From Candidatus Marinacidobacterium sp. (lineage in GTDB: Bacteria > Acidobacteriota > Vicinamibacteria > Marinacidobacterales > Marinacidobacteraceae): DNA of 64,000 nt. Below the pieces are notes generated by a model that was not told where the DNA came from, did not search any database, and saw nothing but the letters and a program-made list of their open reading frames with translations. Both the position numbers and the translations under genes were made by a program. This document shows, piece after piece, positions 30,461-39,724 of the stretch (the first letter of the stretch is position 1; every line of letters starts with the position of its first letter). The DNA lies in the NCBI GenBank assembly GCA_965220965.1, contig OZ244852.1:128001-192000 (forward strand), given 5' to 3'.

Positions 30461-32167
30461 ATGACACAGTTCACCAGGAAGTCGGTCCCCCGAGGGCTGA
30501 TGCTCCTCCTCGTCCTGATGCTGGGGGCCGGCCTCGCGCTCTCGGGATGCGGAGAGGACGAAGAAACCGCGACTCCGGCGCCTGCGCCGGCGCCAACTCC
30601 CGCGCCGGAGCCCGAGCCCGAGCCTGAGCCGGAACCCGAGCCGGAGCCCGAGCCCGGCCTCGAGGTCACCTTCGCGGCGCCGGACGGCGAGTACCCGATG
30701 GTCCCGGACAACGGGGAGGACGCCGCCACCGCGATGGCCGCGGTGAACTCCAAGATGGTCGTCACCTCGAGCATGCTGGCGGCGGTGACCCCGATGTTCG
30801 TCGACGGCGCCGCGGCGGTTGCGGTGATGCCCGGCGAGAACACGCCGTTCGAGTTCGTCTCGTGGCACGCCGCACAGTCGGTCGTCGTGAGCGAGGGAGC
30901 GACCTTCGCGGTGGCCAGGGCCTCGATCGGCGCGAACCAGGAAGTCACGCCTACCGGCGCAGTGACCTACGTGACCTGCGGGCCCTTCGAGTGCCAGGCG
31001 GGCCAGGAGGCTCCGGCGATCTCGATCGCGAACTCGGCGGCCTGCTCCGGCTGGGACCCGAGCCTCGACCTCGAGGTCGGGAAGATCGACAACGTGGGCG
31101 GCGACCGGAACAACGACGGCTACGACCTTGGCTGGGTCTACTCCTCGAACCTCGCCTTCGATGTCGTGCACGACTTCGGCACCTACACCGACGGCGCCAC
31201 GACGAAGGACCACAAGAAGGGAACCCACCAGTCCGTCACGATGGTGAACATCGGCTCGGCCGTCATCGCCGACACGGACCCCAACACCGACGGAAACCAG
31301 GATCCGTGCGAGACCTACACCGGGAAGCAGTCCAACGACCTTCTCAAGCCGCGCGGCTGTTTCCGGCTGACGGCGGACGTCACGAACTACCTCTCGGACT
31401 ACTCGGTCACGATCAAGCCGCAGGGCGCGGGCGTTTCCTGGGGCAAGGTGGACGACTGGGAGGACGATCCGTTTGAAGGTCTCACCTGCGACAGCCTGTC
31501 CTTCGACGCGGCCGACTGGGTGGACTCCTGCGCGCTGTTCGAGACCGAGGTCGACGCCGCGATCAGCGGCGCCAAGGTCTCCGCCGCGACGGTGACGAAC
31601 AGCCAGCTCGGTGACCTGGGTCTGACGCTGGCCACCTCCGGGGAGCAGTACACGGCGCTCCACTACACGGTGGGCGACAGCAAGACGGTTGCGAACCTCT
31701 TCGGAGGCGCCAACGCCGGCTCGGTGGTTGGGGCGATCAAGCTCAACGACACCGATGGAGATCCGCTCTTTGGCGACTTCGGCAAGGTGAACACGATCAA
31801 CACCACCATCGGGAGCAACGACGACACCGCGGACAACTACACCGGGAACACCGACGCCCAGAAGTGCTCGGCGGAAGACGGCGGCGCCGCCGCCACGGGC
31901 AAGAAGGACGACGACGGCAACTTCACCGAGATCACGGCCTACAGCACGCTGTGCGACGCCGAGGATGTCGAGATGGAGGTCACGCTGAACTTCCACGACT
32001 TCGGCGCCTCGTCGGCGGCGAGCCACGCCTGCAAGGCGAGCCGGACGCTCAGCATCACCTGCAACTGGGACGCCGACGGCGGCATCGGCCGCCTGGCGAG
32101 CGACACTCCCGAGAGGGACTTCACGACGACGAACGCGTCCAAGTTCCTGAAGTGCTCGGTGGAATAA
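30461..32167 (+). CDS. Cys-rich acidic lipoprotein, copy A3
   Basis: Colinear with A1/A2, same 12 Cys. Confidence 0.9.
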   Translation: MTQFTRKSVPRGLMLLLVLMLGAGLALSGCGEDEETATPAPAPAPTPAPEPEPEPEPEPEPEPEPGLEVTFAAPDGEYPMVPDNGEDAATAMAAVNSKMVVTSSMLAAVTPMFVDGAAAVAVMPGENTPFEFVSWHAAQSVVVSEGATFAVARASIGANQEVTPTGAVTYVTCGPFECQAGQEAPAISIANSAACSGWDPSLDLEVGKIDNVGGDRNNDGYDLGWVYSSNLAFDVVHDFGTYTDGATTKDHKKGTHQSVTMVNIGSAVIADTDPNTDGNQDPCETYTGKQSNDLLKPRGCFRLTADVTNYLSDYSVTIKPQGAGVSWGKVDDWEDDPFEGLTCDSLSFDAADWVDSCALFETEVDAAISGAKVSAATVTNSQLGDLGLTLATSGEQYTALHYTVGDSKTVANLFGGANAGSVVGAIKLNDTDGDPLFGDFGKVNTINTTIGSNDDTADNYTGNTDAQKCSAEDGGAAATGKKDDDGNFTEITAYSTLCDAEDVEMEVTLNFHDFGASSAASHACKASRTLSITCNWDADGGIGRLASDTPERDFTTTNASKFLKCSVE

Positions 32168-32226
32168 CGCCGAACGCCTGACACACTGGTTTCGCCGGGC
32201 GGGCTGACGCCCACCGGGCGAGACCG

Positions 32227-32260
32227 GGAGCCCTGGGGTCTTCGGACCCCGGGGCTCTTG
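32227..32260 (+). terminator. Terminator hairpin with UUCG loop
   Basis: Same stem with one C-to-T change that keeps a G-U pair. Confidence 0.8.
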
Positions 32261-32490
32261 TCGTGTACGCCCTCACGGGCGCCGTGGGGCGACCGCTCCC
32301 GATCCTTCCCGCCGGCCGGGACCACGCTGGTAGCATCCCCCGCTTCGCGGGCGTCCGGCGCTCCGCCAACCGGAACGACGGCGCCGCGAGTTTCCTGACC
32401 CGGGTCAGGCGCGTCGCGGGAGACGCCGACGCCACATTCCTTCGTCCGGGGCGCGCCAGGCCCCGGGACGACCTGCGGGAGGCAGGCCCC

Positions 32491-34224
32491 ATGACACAGC
32501 TCACCGTGAAGTCGGTCCCCCGGGGCCTGATGGTCCTGCTCGCTCTCTTCCTCGGAGCCGGCCTGGCGCTCTCCGGGTGTGGCGAGGAAGAAGCGACCCC
32601 GGCGCCAACCCCCGCTCCGGCGCCAGCTCCCGCCCCGGCCCCCGAGCCGGAACCAGCGCCGGAGCCCGAGCCGGAGCCGGAACCGGCGCCCGCGCTCGAG
32701 ATCACCTTCGCGGCGCCGGAGGGCGAGCACCCGATGGTCCCGGACGACGGGACCGACGCCGCCACCGCGATGGCGACGGTGAACCCGAAGATGGTCGTCA
32801 CCTCGAACATGCTGGCGGCGGTTACCCCGATGTTCATCGACGACGCCTCGGCGGTCGCGGTGATGCCGGGGGAGAACATGCCGTTCGAGTTCGTCTCGTG
32901 GCATGCCGCGCAGTCGATGGTCGTCACCAGCGGCGCGACCTTCGCGGTGGTGAAGGCCTCGATCGGCGCGAACCAGGAGGTCGTTCCGATATCGGCCGCA
33001 GTCAGCTATGTGACCTGCGGGCCGTTCGGTTGCCAGGCGGGCGAGGCGCCGCCCGAGATCTCGATCGCGGATTCGCCGGAATGCCAGGGCTGGGATCCGG
33101 GCCTCACTCTCGAAGTCGGGCAGGTGGACAACGACCGCGCGAGGCGGAGCGGCGTTTTCGGGTTCAAGGACGGTTACGACCTGGGCTGGGTCTACTCCTC
33201 GTCGCTCGCCTTCGACGCGACCCACGACTTCGGGACCTTCAGCGACCGCGGCGTGACGAAGGACCACGCGAAGGGGACGAACAAGGCGATGACGATGGCC
33301 AACATCGGCGAGGCGATCGTCGCCGACGACAATGCGACCCGGGACGGGATCCAGGAGCCCTGCCTGACCTACACCGGCAACCAGTCCGACGACATCCTCA
33401 AGCCTCACGGGTGCTTCCGGCTGACCACGAAGGAGGACTTCCTCTCCGACTACACGGTCACGCTGACGCCGCAGGGCGGCGACGTCTCCTGGGGCAAGGT
33501 GAGCAACTGGGAGAACGATCCGTTCGCCGATCTCACCTGCGACGCGGTCACGTTCCGAGCCACCGACCAGATCGACGCCTGCGCCCTGTTCGAGGCGGAG
33601 GTGGACCACGCCACCAGCACGGCGAGGATCGAGGGCGAGCCCGCCTTCGGGACCCTCTGGGTGAGCCGGCTCCACCTGAACGGTCGCGGCGTGCGCTACA
33701 TCACGCTGCCCTACGACGAGGACGGGAAGCGGAACAACTACCAGGACCCGGACACAACGGTGGACGACGCCTATGACCCCAGCTTCGGCGGGGGCGGCAC
33801 GAACGGCGGGGTCGTCTATCCCCCGGAGCTGTACTTCCTGGATGACGATGGGGACCCGAAGCACGGCGACTTCGGCAAGGCGGACCCGGACCAGGACGAC
33901 GATCCCGATTCCTACGACGACACGAACCCGGACGCCAACGAGTGCACCGCCGAGGATGGCGGCGAAGCCCAGTTGAAGAACGACGCCGGCGTCGTGACGC
34001 GGCACGGCTCGCTCTGCGATTCCTCGCTCGACCTGGACTTCGAAGTGGACTTCCAGAACTTCGGCGGCGACAGCCCGACCTGCAGGGTCACCAAGACCTT
34101 CTCGATGTCGTGCGTGTGGGACGCCAGCGGCGACATCGACAGGCTCGTGGGCCAACCGCGGGAGACGGCGCTGACGAGCCGCAACTGGCGCCGCTTCATG
34201 AAGTGCGAGCTCGAGGTGAACTGA
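32491..34224 (+). CDS. Cys-rich acidic lipoprotein, copy C (A-like N half, B-like C half)
   Basis: GGAGG RBS, lipobox LSGC, same 12 Cys; TG-g-TAGCAT at 32328-32336. Confidence 0.88.
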   Translation: MTQLTVKSVPRGLMVLLALFLGAGLALSGCGEEEATPAPTPAPAPAPAPAPEPEPAPEPEPEPEPAPALEITFAAPEGEHPMVPDDGTDAATAMATVNPKMVVTSNMLAAVTPMFIDDASAVAVMPGENMPFEFVSWHAAQSMVVTSGATFAVVKASIGANQEVVPISAAVSYVTCGPFGCQAGEAPPEISIADSPECQGWDPGLTLEVGQVDNDRARRSGVFGFKDGYDLGWVYSSSLAFDATHDFGTFSDRGVTKDHAKGTNKAMTMANIGEAIVADDNATRDGIQEPCLTYTGNQSDDILKPHGCFRLTTKEDFLSDYTVTLTPQGGDVSWGKVSNWENDPFADLTCDAVTFRATDQIDACALFEAEVDHATSTARIEGEPAFGTLWVSRLHLNGRGVRYITLPYDEDGKRNNYQDPDTTVDDAYDPSFGGGGTNGGVVYPPELYFLDDDGDPKHGDFGKADPDQDDDPDSYDDTNPDANECTAEDGGEAQLKNDAGVVTRHGSLCDSSLDLDFEVDFQNFGGDSPTCRVTKTFSMSCVWDASGDIDRLVGQPRETALTSRNWRRFMKCELEVN

Positions 34225-34285
34225 CGCCGAACCCGTCATGTAGCCGCTGCGCCGGACGGCTGACGCCCGGCGGACGGCGAAACCT

Positions 34286-34315
34286 GCCCCGGGGTCTTCG
34301 GACTCCGGGGCTCTT
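34286..34315 (+). terminator. Terminator hairpin with UUCG loop
   Basis: GCCCCGGGGTC-TTCG-GACTCCGGGGC-TCTT. Confidence 0.75.
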
Positions 34316-34402
34316 CGCTGTACGGAGGGGCGTCGAGCTCGCCGCACAGCGTTCTGTCTCCCTGAAGCGCATAGCATGGGCGGCCATCCCGGGAGGCCCC
34401 TC

Positions 34403-37400
34403 ATGCTCCAGACTCCGCCGCTCCGTTTCCTCGGACGCTTCGCTGCGATCCTCGGTCTGCTGGGGGCGGTGAGCGCCCCCGCCCAGGAGACCGCGCCGGA
34501 CGAAGCCGCGGCCTGGGGACGCGCCGCCTCCGGCCTGAAGCTCCGCGGGATCGGCCCCGCGCTCATGGGCGGCCGGATCGCCGACATCGTGATCCACCCG
34601 GAGCGTCGGTCCACCTGGTACGTGGCGGTCGGCTCGGGCGGAGTCTGGAAGACAGCGAACGCCGGCGCGACCTGGACGCCGGTGTTCGACGACCAGCCCT
34701 CCTACTCGATCGGAACGCTCGCGCTGGATCCCACGAGTCCGGAGGTCGTCTGGGTGGGGACCGGAGAGAACGTGAGCGGCCGCCACGTCGGCTGGGGCGA
34801 CGGGGTCTACCGCAGCCGCGACGGGGGAGGTTCGTGGGAGAAGATGGGTCTCGACGGCTCGGACCACATCGGCCGGATCCTGGTGGACCCCCGCGACGGC
34901 GACACCGTCCTCGTCGCGGCCGAGGGGCCGCTGTGGAGTGGGGGCGGCGAGCGCGGCGTCTACCGGACCGAGGACGGTGGAGCGAGCTGGAACCGGGTGC
35001 TCGACCTGGGCCCGGACACCGGGGCGACCGACCTCGAGTTCGCCCCTGACGACCCCGACACCGTCTACGCCGCCGCCTACCAGCGCCGGCGCCACATCTG
35101 GTCGTTCCTCGCCGGTGGGCCGGGCTCGGGGATCTGGAAGTCCACCGACGGCGGCCGAACCTTCCGGGAGGTCACCCGGGGACTCCCCGACGCCGACATC
35201 GGGAAGATCGGCCTCGCGGTGACTCCGGCGGATCCGAGCCTGGTGTATGCGACGGTCGAGGCGGCGGACGGCGAGCAGGGCTTTTACCGCTCGCGGGACC
35301 GGGGGGAGAGCTGGGAGAAGCGGAACGCCTACATCTCCGGCGGCACCGGGCCGCACTACTACCAGGAAATCGAGGCCTCCCCCACCGACCCCGACCTCGT
35401 CTACCAGATGGATGTCTTCCTTCACGTGACCCGCGACGGCGGGGCGACGTTCGAGGTGCTCGGCACCGGCCGGGAGAAGCACAGCGACAACCACGCGCTC
35501 TGGATCGACCCCGACGACCCCGGCCACCTCATCGCCGGGAGCGACGCCGGGCTCTACGAGACCTTCGACGAGGGGGTGAGCTGGCGACACTTCCCGAACA
35601 TGCCGATCTCGCAGTTCTACAAGGTGGCGCTCAGCGAGGGCGAGCCGTTCTACGACATCCTGGGCGGCGCCCAGGACCTGGGGACGCTCCACGGGCCCGC
35701 CCGCACGACGAACCGCGAGGGCGTCCGCAACCGTGACTGGTACGTCCCGCTGGGCGCCGACGGCTACGGCGTGGCCATCGATCCCCGCGACGACAACATC
35801 CTCTACCTCATGACCCAGCAGGGGGACCTCGCCCGGGTCGACCGCCGGAACCAGGAGGTGCTGCGCATCCGGCCGCTGCCGGTCCCCGACGAGGTTCCCG
35901 AGCGGTGGAACTGGGACTCGCCGCTCCTCCTTAGCCCCCACGATCCCGACCGGATCTGGTACGGGTCGCAGCGCCTCTGGCGGAGTGACGACATGGGGAT
36001 GAGCTGGACCGCGGTGAGCGGGGACCTCACGACCGGCCGGAGCCGTTACGAGTTGCCGTTCTACGACCGGATCTGGAGCGTGGACGCGCTCCACGACACC
36101 GGAGCCATGTCGCGCTACGCCACGCTCACCGCCATCACCGAGTCGCCGGTCGCCGCCGGCGTGCTCACCACCGGCAGCGACGACGGGCTGATCCACACGA
36201 GCTCCGACGGCGGAGCGACCTGGACGCGGGCCGCGGACCTGCCGGGGCTCGCGCCGCTGTCGTTCATCAACGATGTCGAGGCCTCGCAGCACGACGCCGA
36301 CACGGTGTTCGCGGTGGCGGACAACCACAAGACCGGGGACCACCGGCCTTATCTGTTCCGGAGCCGCGACCGTGGCGCGTCCTGGGAGTCCATCGTCGGG
36401 GACCTCCCCGAGGACACGATCCTGTGGGCGGTCCAGCAGGACCATGAGGATCCCGACCTGCTCTTCCTCGGGGGCGAGCACGCCCTGCACGCGAGCTGGA
36501 ACGGCGGGACGAACTGGGTGAAGCTGGCGGGGGCGCCGACGATTTCGTTCCGCGACCTGAAGATCCAGCGCCGGGACGACGACCTGGTGGGGGCGACCTT
36601 CGGGCGCGGCTTCTACGTGCTGGACGACTACCGGCCGCTGAGGACGCTCGCCGCGACCGTCCGCGCCGGAGAGCCCGCGCTCTTCCCGCTGCGCGACGCC
36701 TGGTGGTACATCCCCTCGGTTCCGGCGCAGGCGCCCGGCCGCCCCACGCAGGGCAGCACCGCCTTCGTGGCGGACAACCCCCCCTTCGGCGCGGTCTTCA
36801 CCTACTACCTGCCCGAGGATCTCCGCACCGCGCAGGAGGAACGGCGCGAGGCCGAGAAGGAGACGCGGGAGGCCGGCGGGGACGTCGCCTTCCCCGGCTT
36901 TGACACGCTTCGGCTCGAGGAGCTGGAGGCCGCCCCGGCGGTCTTCCTCGAGATCTCGGACGACTCCGGAACGACGATCCGCCGCGTGCGGGGACCGGCG
37001 ACGGCGGGGGTCCACCGGGTGGCCTGGGATCTTCGCGGCCCCGCTCCGGACCCGGTGAGCGTCACGACGCCGGCCTTCACGCCGCCCTGGGTCCAGCCGC
37101 CGATCGGCCCGCTCCACGCGCCCGGGAGCTACCAGGCCCGCCTCCTCGCCGTGACCCGCGACGGCGCCCGCCCGCTCGGGGCGCCGGTGTCCTTCGGGGT
37201 CCGCGCGGTCCCGACGCTGCCCGAAAACACTGATCCCGCCGCGGTCGCCGCGTTCCAGCAGGAAACCGCCGCCCTCCTCCGCGAGGCGCACGCCGCGACC
37301 GGCGAGCTTCGGGAGGCGCGGACCCGCCTCGGCCGGCTGCGCGTCGCGCTCGGCCGGACGCCCGGCGCCGATCCGGCCCTCTATGGCGAGATGGACTCCA

Positions 37401-37687
37401 TCCTCCGGACGATCTCCGACCTCGAGGTGCGCCTCACCGGGGACCCGGCCGCCCAGTCGCGGAACCATCCGGCGGCGCCTTCGGTGCGCGGCCGGCTGGG
37501 AGCGATCGTCTCCGGCCACTGGCGGACCCGGCAGATGCCCACCGGGACCCACCGGACGAGTCTCGCCACCGCCGCCACCGAGTTCGGGTCGATACGCAGC
37601 GAACTCGGGACGCTGGTGGACACGACGTTCCCCGCGCTCGAATCCGCGCTGGAGGCCGCCGGGGCCCCGTTCGCTCCGGGGCGCTGA
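34403..37687 (+). CDS. Secreted VPS10/sortilin-like BNR (Asp-box) repeat putative glycosyl hydrolase
   Basis: LRGIGPALMGGRIAD, GTGE, many S.DGG.TW Asp-boxes, RWNWDSP, GATFGRGFY. Confidence 0.88.
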   Translation: MLQTPPLRFLGRFAAILGLLGAVSAPAQETAPDEAAAWGRAASGLKLRGIGPALMGGRIADIVIHPERRSTWYVAVGSGGVWKTANAGATWTPVFDDQPSYSIGTLALDPTSPEVVWVGTGENVSGRHVGWGDGVYRSRDGGGSWEKMGLDGSDHIGRILVDPRDGDTVLVAAEGPLWSGGGERGVYRTEDGGASWNRVLDLGPDTGATDLEFAPDDPDTVYAAAYQRRRHIWSFLAGGPGSGIWKSTDGGRTFREVTRGLPDADIGKIGLAVTPADPSLVYATVEAADGEQGFYRSRDRGESWEKRNAYISGGTGPHYYQEIEASPTDPDLVYQMDVFLHVTRDGGATFEVLGTGREKHSDNHALWIDPDDPGHLIAGSDAGLYETFDEGVSWRHFPNMPISQFYKVALSEGEPFYDILGGAQDLGTLHGPARTTNREGVRNRDWYVPLGADGYGVAIDPRDDNILYLMTQQGDLARVDRRNQEVLRIRPLPVPDEVPERWNWDSPLLLSPHDPDRIWYGSQRLWRSDDMGMSWTAVSGDLTTGRSRYELPFYDRIWSVDALHDTGAMSRYATLTAITESPVAAGVLTTGSDDGLIHTSSDGGATWTRAADLPGLAPLSFINDVEASQHDADTVFAVADNHKTGDHRPYLFRSRDRGASWESIVGDLPEDTILWAVQQDHEDPDLLFLGGEHALHASWNGGTNWVKLAGAPTISFRDLKIQRRDDDLVGATFGRGFYVLDDYRPLRTLAATVRAGEPALFPLRDAWWYIPSVPAQAPGRPTQGSTAFVADNPPFGAVFTYYLPEDLRTAQEERREAEKETREAGGDVAFPGFDTLRLEELEAAPAVFLEISDDSGTTIRRVRGPATAGVHRVAWDLRGPAPDPVSVTTPAFTPPWVQPPIGPLHAPGSYQARLLAVTRDGARPLGAPVSFGVRAVPTLPENTDPAAVAAFQQETAALLREAHAATGELREARTRLGRLRVALGRTPGADPALYGEMDSILRTISDLEVRLTGDPAAQSRNHPAAPSVRGRLGAIVSGHWRTRQMPTGTHRTSLATAATEFGSIRSELGTLVDTTFPALESALEAAGAPFAPGR

Positions 37688-37738
37688 AGAGGCGTCCGCC
37701 ACCCGCCCCGGGTCGTCCCCGGGGTGGGCCGGCCGGGG

Positions 37739-37916
37739 CTATGCGGCCGCAACCTCGAACCCGCTCAGGTTGCGGGTCTTCTCGCTGAACTCCACCCCGA
37801 CCAGGTGGATCGGCTCGCCCCGGCGCCGGTACTTCTCCGCATACCCGCGGTCCATGAGCTGGCGGAGCGCGGCGCCCTCCCCGGCGCGTTCCACGACCTT
37901 GAACTCGAACAGGACG
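37739..37916 (-). pseudogene. 3'-terminal remnant of an AAA/PD-(D/E)XK gene
   Basis: 178-bp inverted match to 19238-19415 (about 14 mismatches by eye), VLFEFKVVERAGEG...LSGFEV. Confidence 0.9.
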
Positions 37917-37946
37917 TGCCTGGCGTCCGGTCGTACCATCCCTCCC

Positions 37947-39695
37947 ATGCGGAACTCCCTGCTCGCCACGGGCCTTCTGATCGCGGCCCTGGCCCTTCCC
38001 GTCCCCGCGGATGCCCAGCCCGATCCGGAACTCCACGCGCTCTTCGACGATTTCATGGAGTTCCGGCGCCGCGAGGAGCCCCGGTTCGCCGCCTCGCTCG
38101 ACGGGGTGGCGCCCGACACGCTGGGAGACGCCACCGAGGCGGCTGTTCTCCGCCGCGCGCGGGAGGTCGCCGGGTTCCGCGACCGGCTGCTCGCGATACC
38201 CCGCGGTCGGCTCTCGTCGGACGACCTGGTTCACGCCGACATCTTCGAGGCGGCGCTCTCCGAGCAGATCGGCGACGCCCGGTTCGGCGGCCACTTCCTG
38301 CCGATCAACGCCGATTCGGGCTTCCATATCGGGATGGCTCGGCTGCCCCAGTCGCTCCCCCTGCGCGCCGCCGCGGACTACGACGCCTACATCGCGCTCC
38401 TGAGGGATATCCCCCGGGTGTTCGGCGAGTACATCGCGCGGATGCGTCGCGGAGTCGAGCTCGGGATCACCGTCCCCCGGGTCGTTCTCGAGGGCTACGA
38501 GGTCACGATCGCTTCCCACGTCGTGGATGACCCGGAGGCGAGCGTCTTCTTCGCGCCGTTCCTCCGCTTCCCGGAGCGCATCGGCGAGGCCGACCGCGCC
38601 CGCCTGCGGGCCGCCGGGGCGGAAGCCGTCCTCGACGGTCCGGTCGCCGCCTACCGGACCTTCCTCGACTTTTTCGAGAACGAGTACCGACCGAACGCCC
38701 GTACCACGATCGGAGCATCGGATCTTCCCGATGGCCGCAGCTACTACGCCTTCCTGATCGGGAAGTTCACGACGCTCGACCAGACCGCGGAACAGGTCCA
38801 CCAGGTGGGTCTCGCCGAGGTCGAGCGGATCCGGGAGGAAATGGTGGCGGCGATGCGGGCGTCGGGGTTCGACGGGACCTGGGAGGAGTTCTTCGAATTC
38901 CTGCGGACCGATCCGCAGTTCTACGCGTCCACCCCGCAGCAACTGCTCGACCGGGCGATGGTCATCGTGAAGCGGATGGACGGACAGCTCCCGGCGCTGT
39001 TCCGCCGCCTGCCGCGCCAGCCCTACACCGTGGAGCCGGTCCCCGACGCGATCGCCCCCAAGTACACCGGGGGCCGCTACGTCGGCGCGCCGCTCGATTC
39101 GACGCAGCCGGGCCGCTACTGGGTCAACACCTACGCGCTGGAGAGCCGACCGCTCTACACCCTCGAAGCGCTCTCACTCCACGAGGCGGTCCCCGGCCAT
39201 CACCTGCAGATCGCGCTGGCGAAGGAACTCGACCTTCCGGAGTTCCGTCGGCACTACGGGATCGGCGCCTACAGCGAGGGCTGGGCGCTCTACTCGGAGC
39301 GTCTCGGGCTCGAGGCGGGGTTCTACCTCGACCCCTACTCGAACTTCGGCCGGCTCACCTACGAGATGTGGCGGGCCTGCCGTCTGGTGGTGGACACCGG
39401 AATGCACGCGCTGGGCTGGACCCGGGAGCAGACGCTCGACTACCTCGCGTCGAACACCGCGCTGTCCCTCCACGAGATCACCACCGAGACCGACCGCTAC
39501 ATCGCCTGGCCGGGGCAGGCGCTCGGCTACAAGCTGGGCGAGCTGAAGATCCGCGAGCTTCGGGCGCTCGCCGAGGAGACGCTCGGAGAGGCCTTCGACC
39601 TGCGCGAGTTCCACGACGCCGTCCTCCTGCCCGGCCCGGTCACGCTGCCGGTGCTGGACCGGATCATCCGGTCGTGGCTGGACGCCCGCCGCTGA
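37947..39695 (+). CDS. DUF885 family protein (putative metallopeptidase)
   Basis: Signal peptide, LHEAVPGHHLQ, EGWALYSE, WRACRLVVDTGMH, PGQALGYKLG. Confidence 0.93.
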   Translation: MRNSLLATGLLIAALALPVPADAQPDPELHALFDDFMEFRRREEPRFAASLDGVAPDTLGDATEAAVLRRAREVAGFRDRLLAIPRGRLSSDDLVHADIFEAALSEQIGDARFGGHFLPINADSGFHIGMARLPQSLPLRAAADYDAYIALLRDIPRVFGEYIARMRRGVELGITVPRVVLEGYEVTIASHVVDDPEASVFFAPFLRFPERIGEADRARLRAAGAEAVLDGPVAAYRTFLDFFENEYRPNARTTIGASDLPDGRSYYAFLIGKFTTLDQTAEQVHQVGLAEVERIREEMVAAMRASGFDGTWEEFFEFLRTDPQFYASTPQQLLDRAMVIVKRMDGQLPALFRRLPRQPYTVEPVPDAIAPKYTGGRYVGAPLDSTQPGRYWVNTYALESRPLYTLEALSLHEAVPGHHLQIALAKELDLPEFRRHYGIGAYSEGWALYSERLGLEAGFYLDPYSNFGRLTYEMWRACRLVVDTGMHALGWTREQTLDYLASNTALSLHEITTETDRYIAWPGQALGYKLGELKIRELRALAEETLGEAFDLREFHDAVLLPGPVTLPVLDRIIRSWLDARR

Positions 39696-39724
39696 CCCGC
39701 TGACCGACCCGGCGCCGGAACCTG

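Noticed and set aside
19238-37916. 178-bp duplicate as a DGR template or as the ends of an invertible 18-kb segment
   Set aside because: Changes are not adenine-specific, no recombinase is nearby and nothing shows inversion, although homologous inversion cannot be excluded
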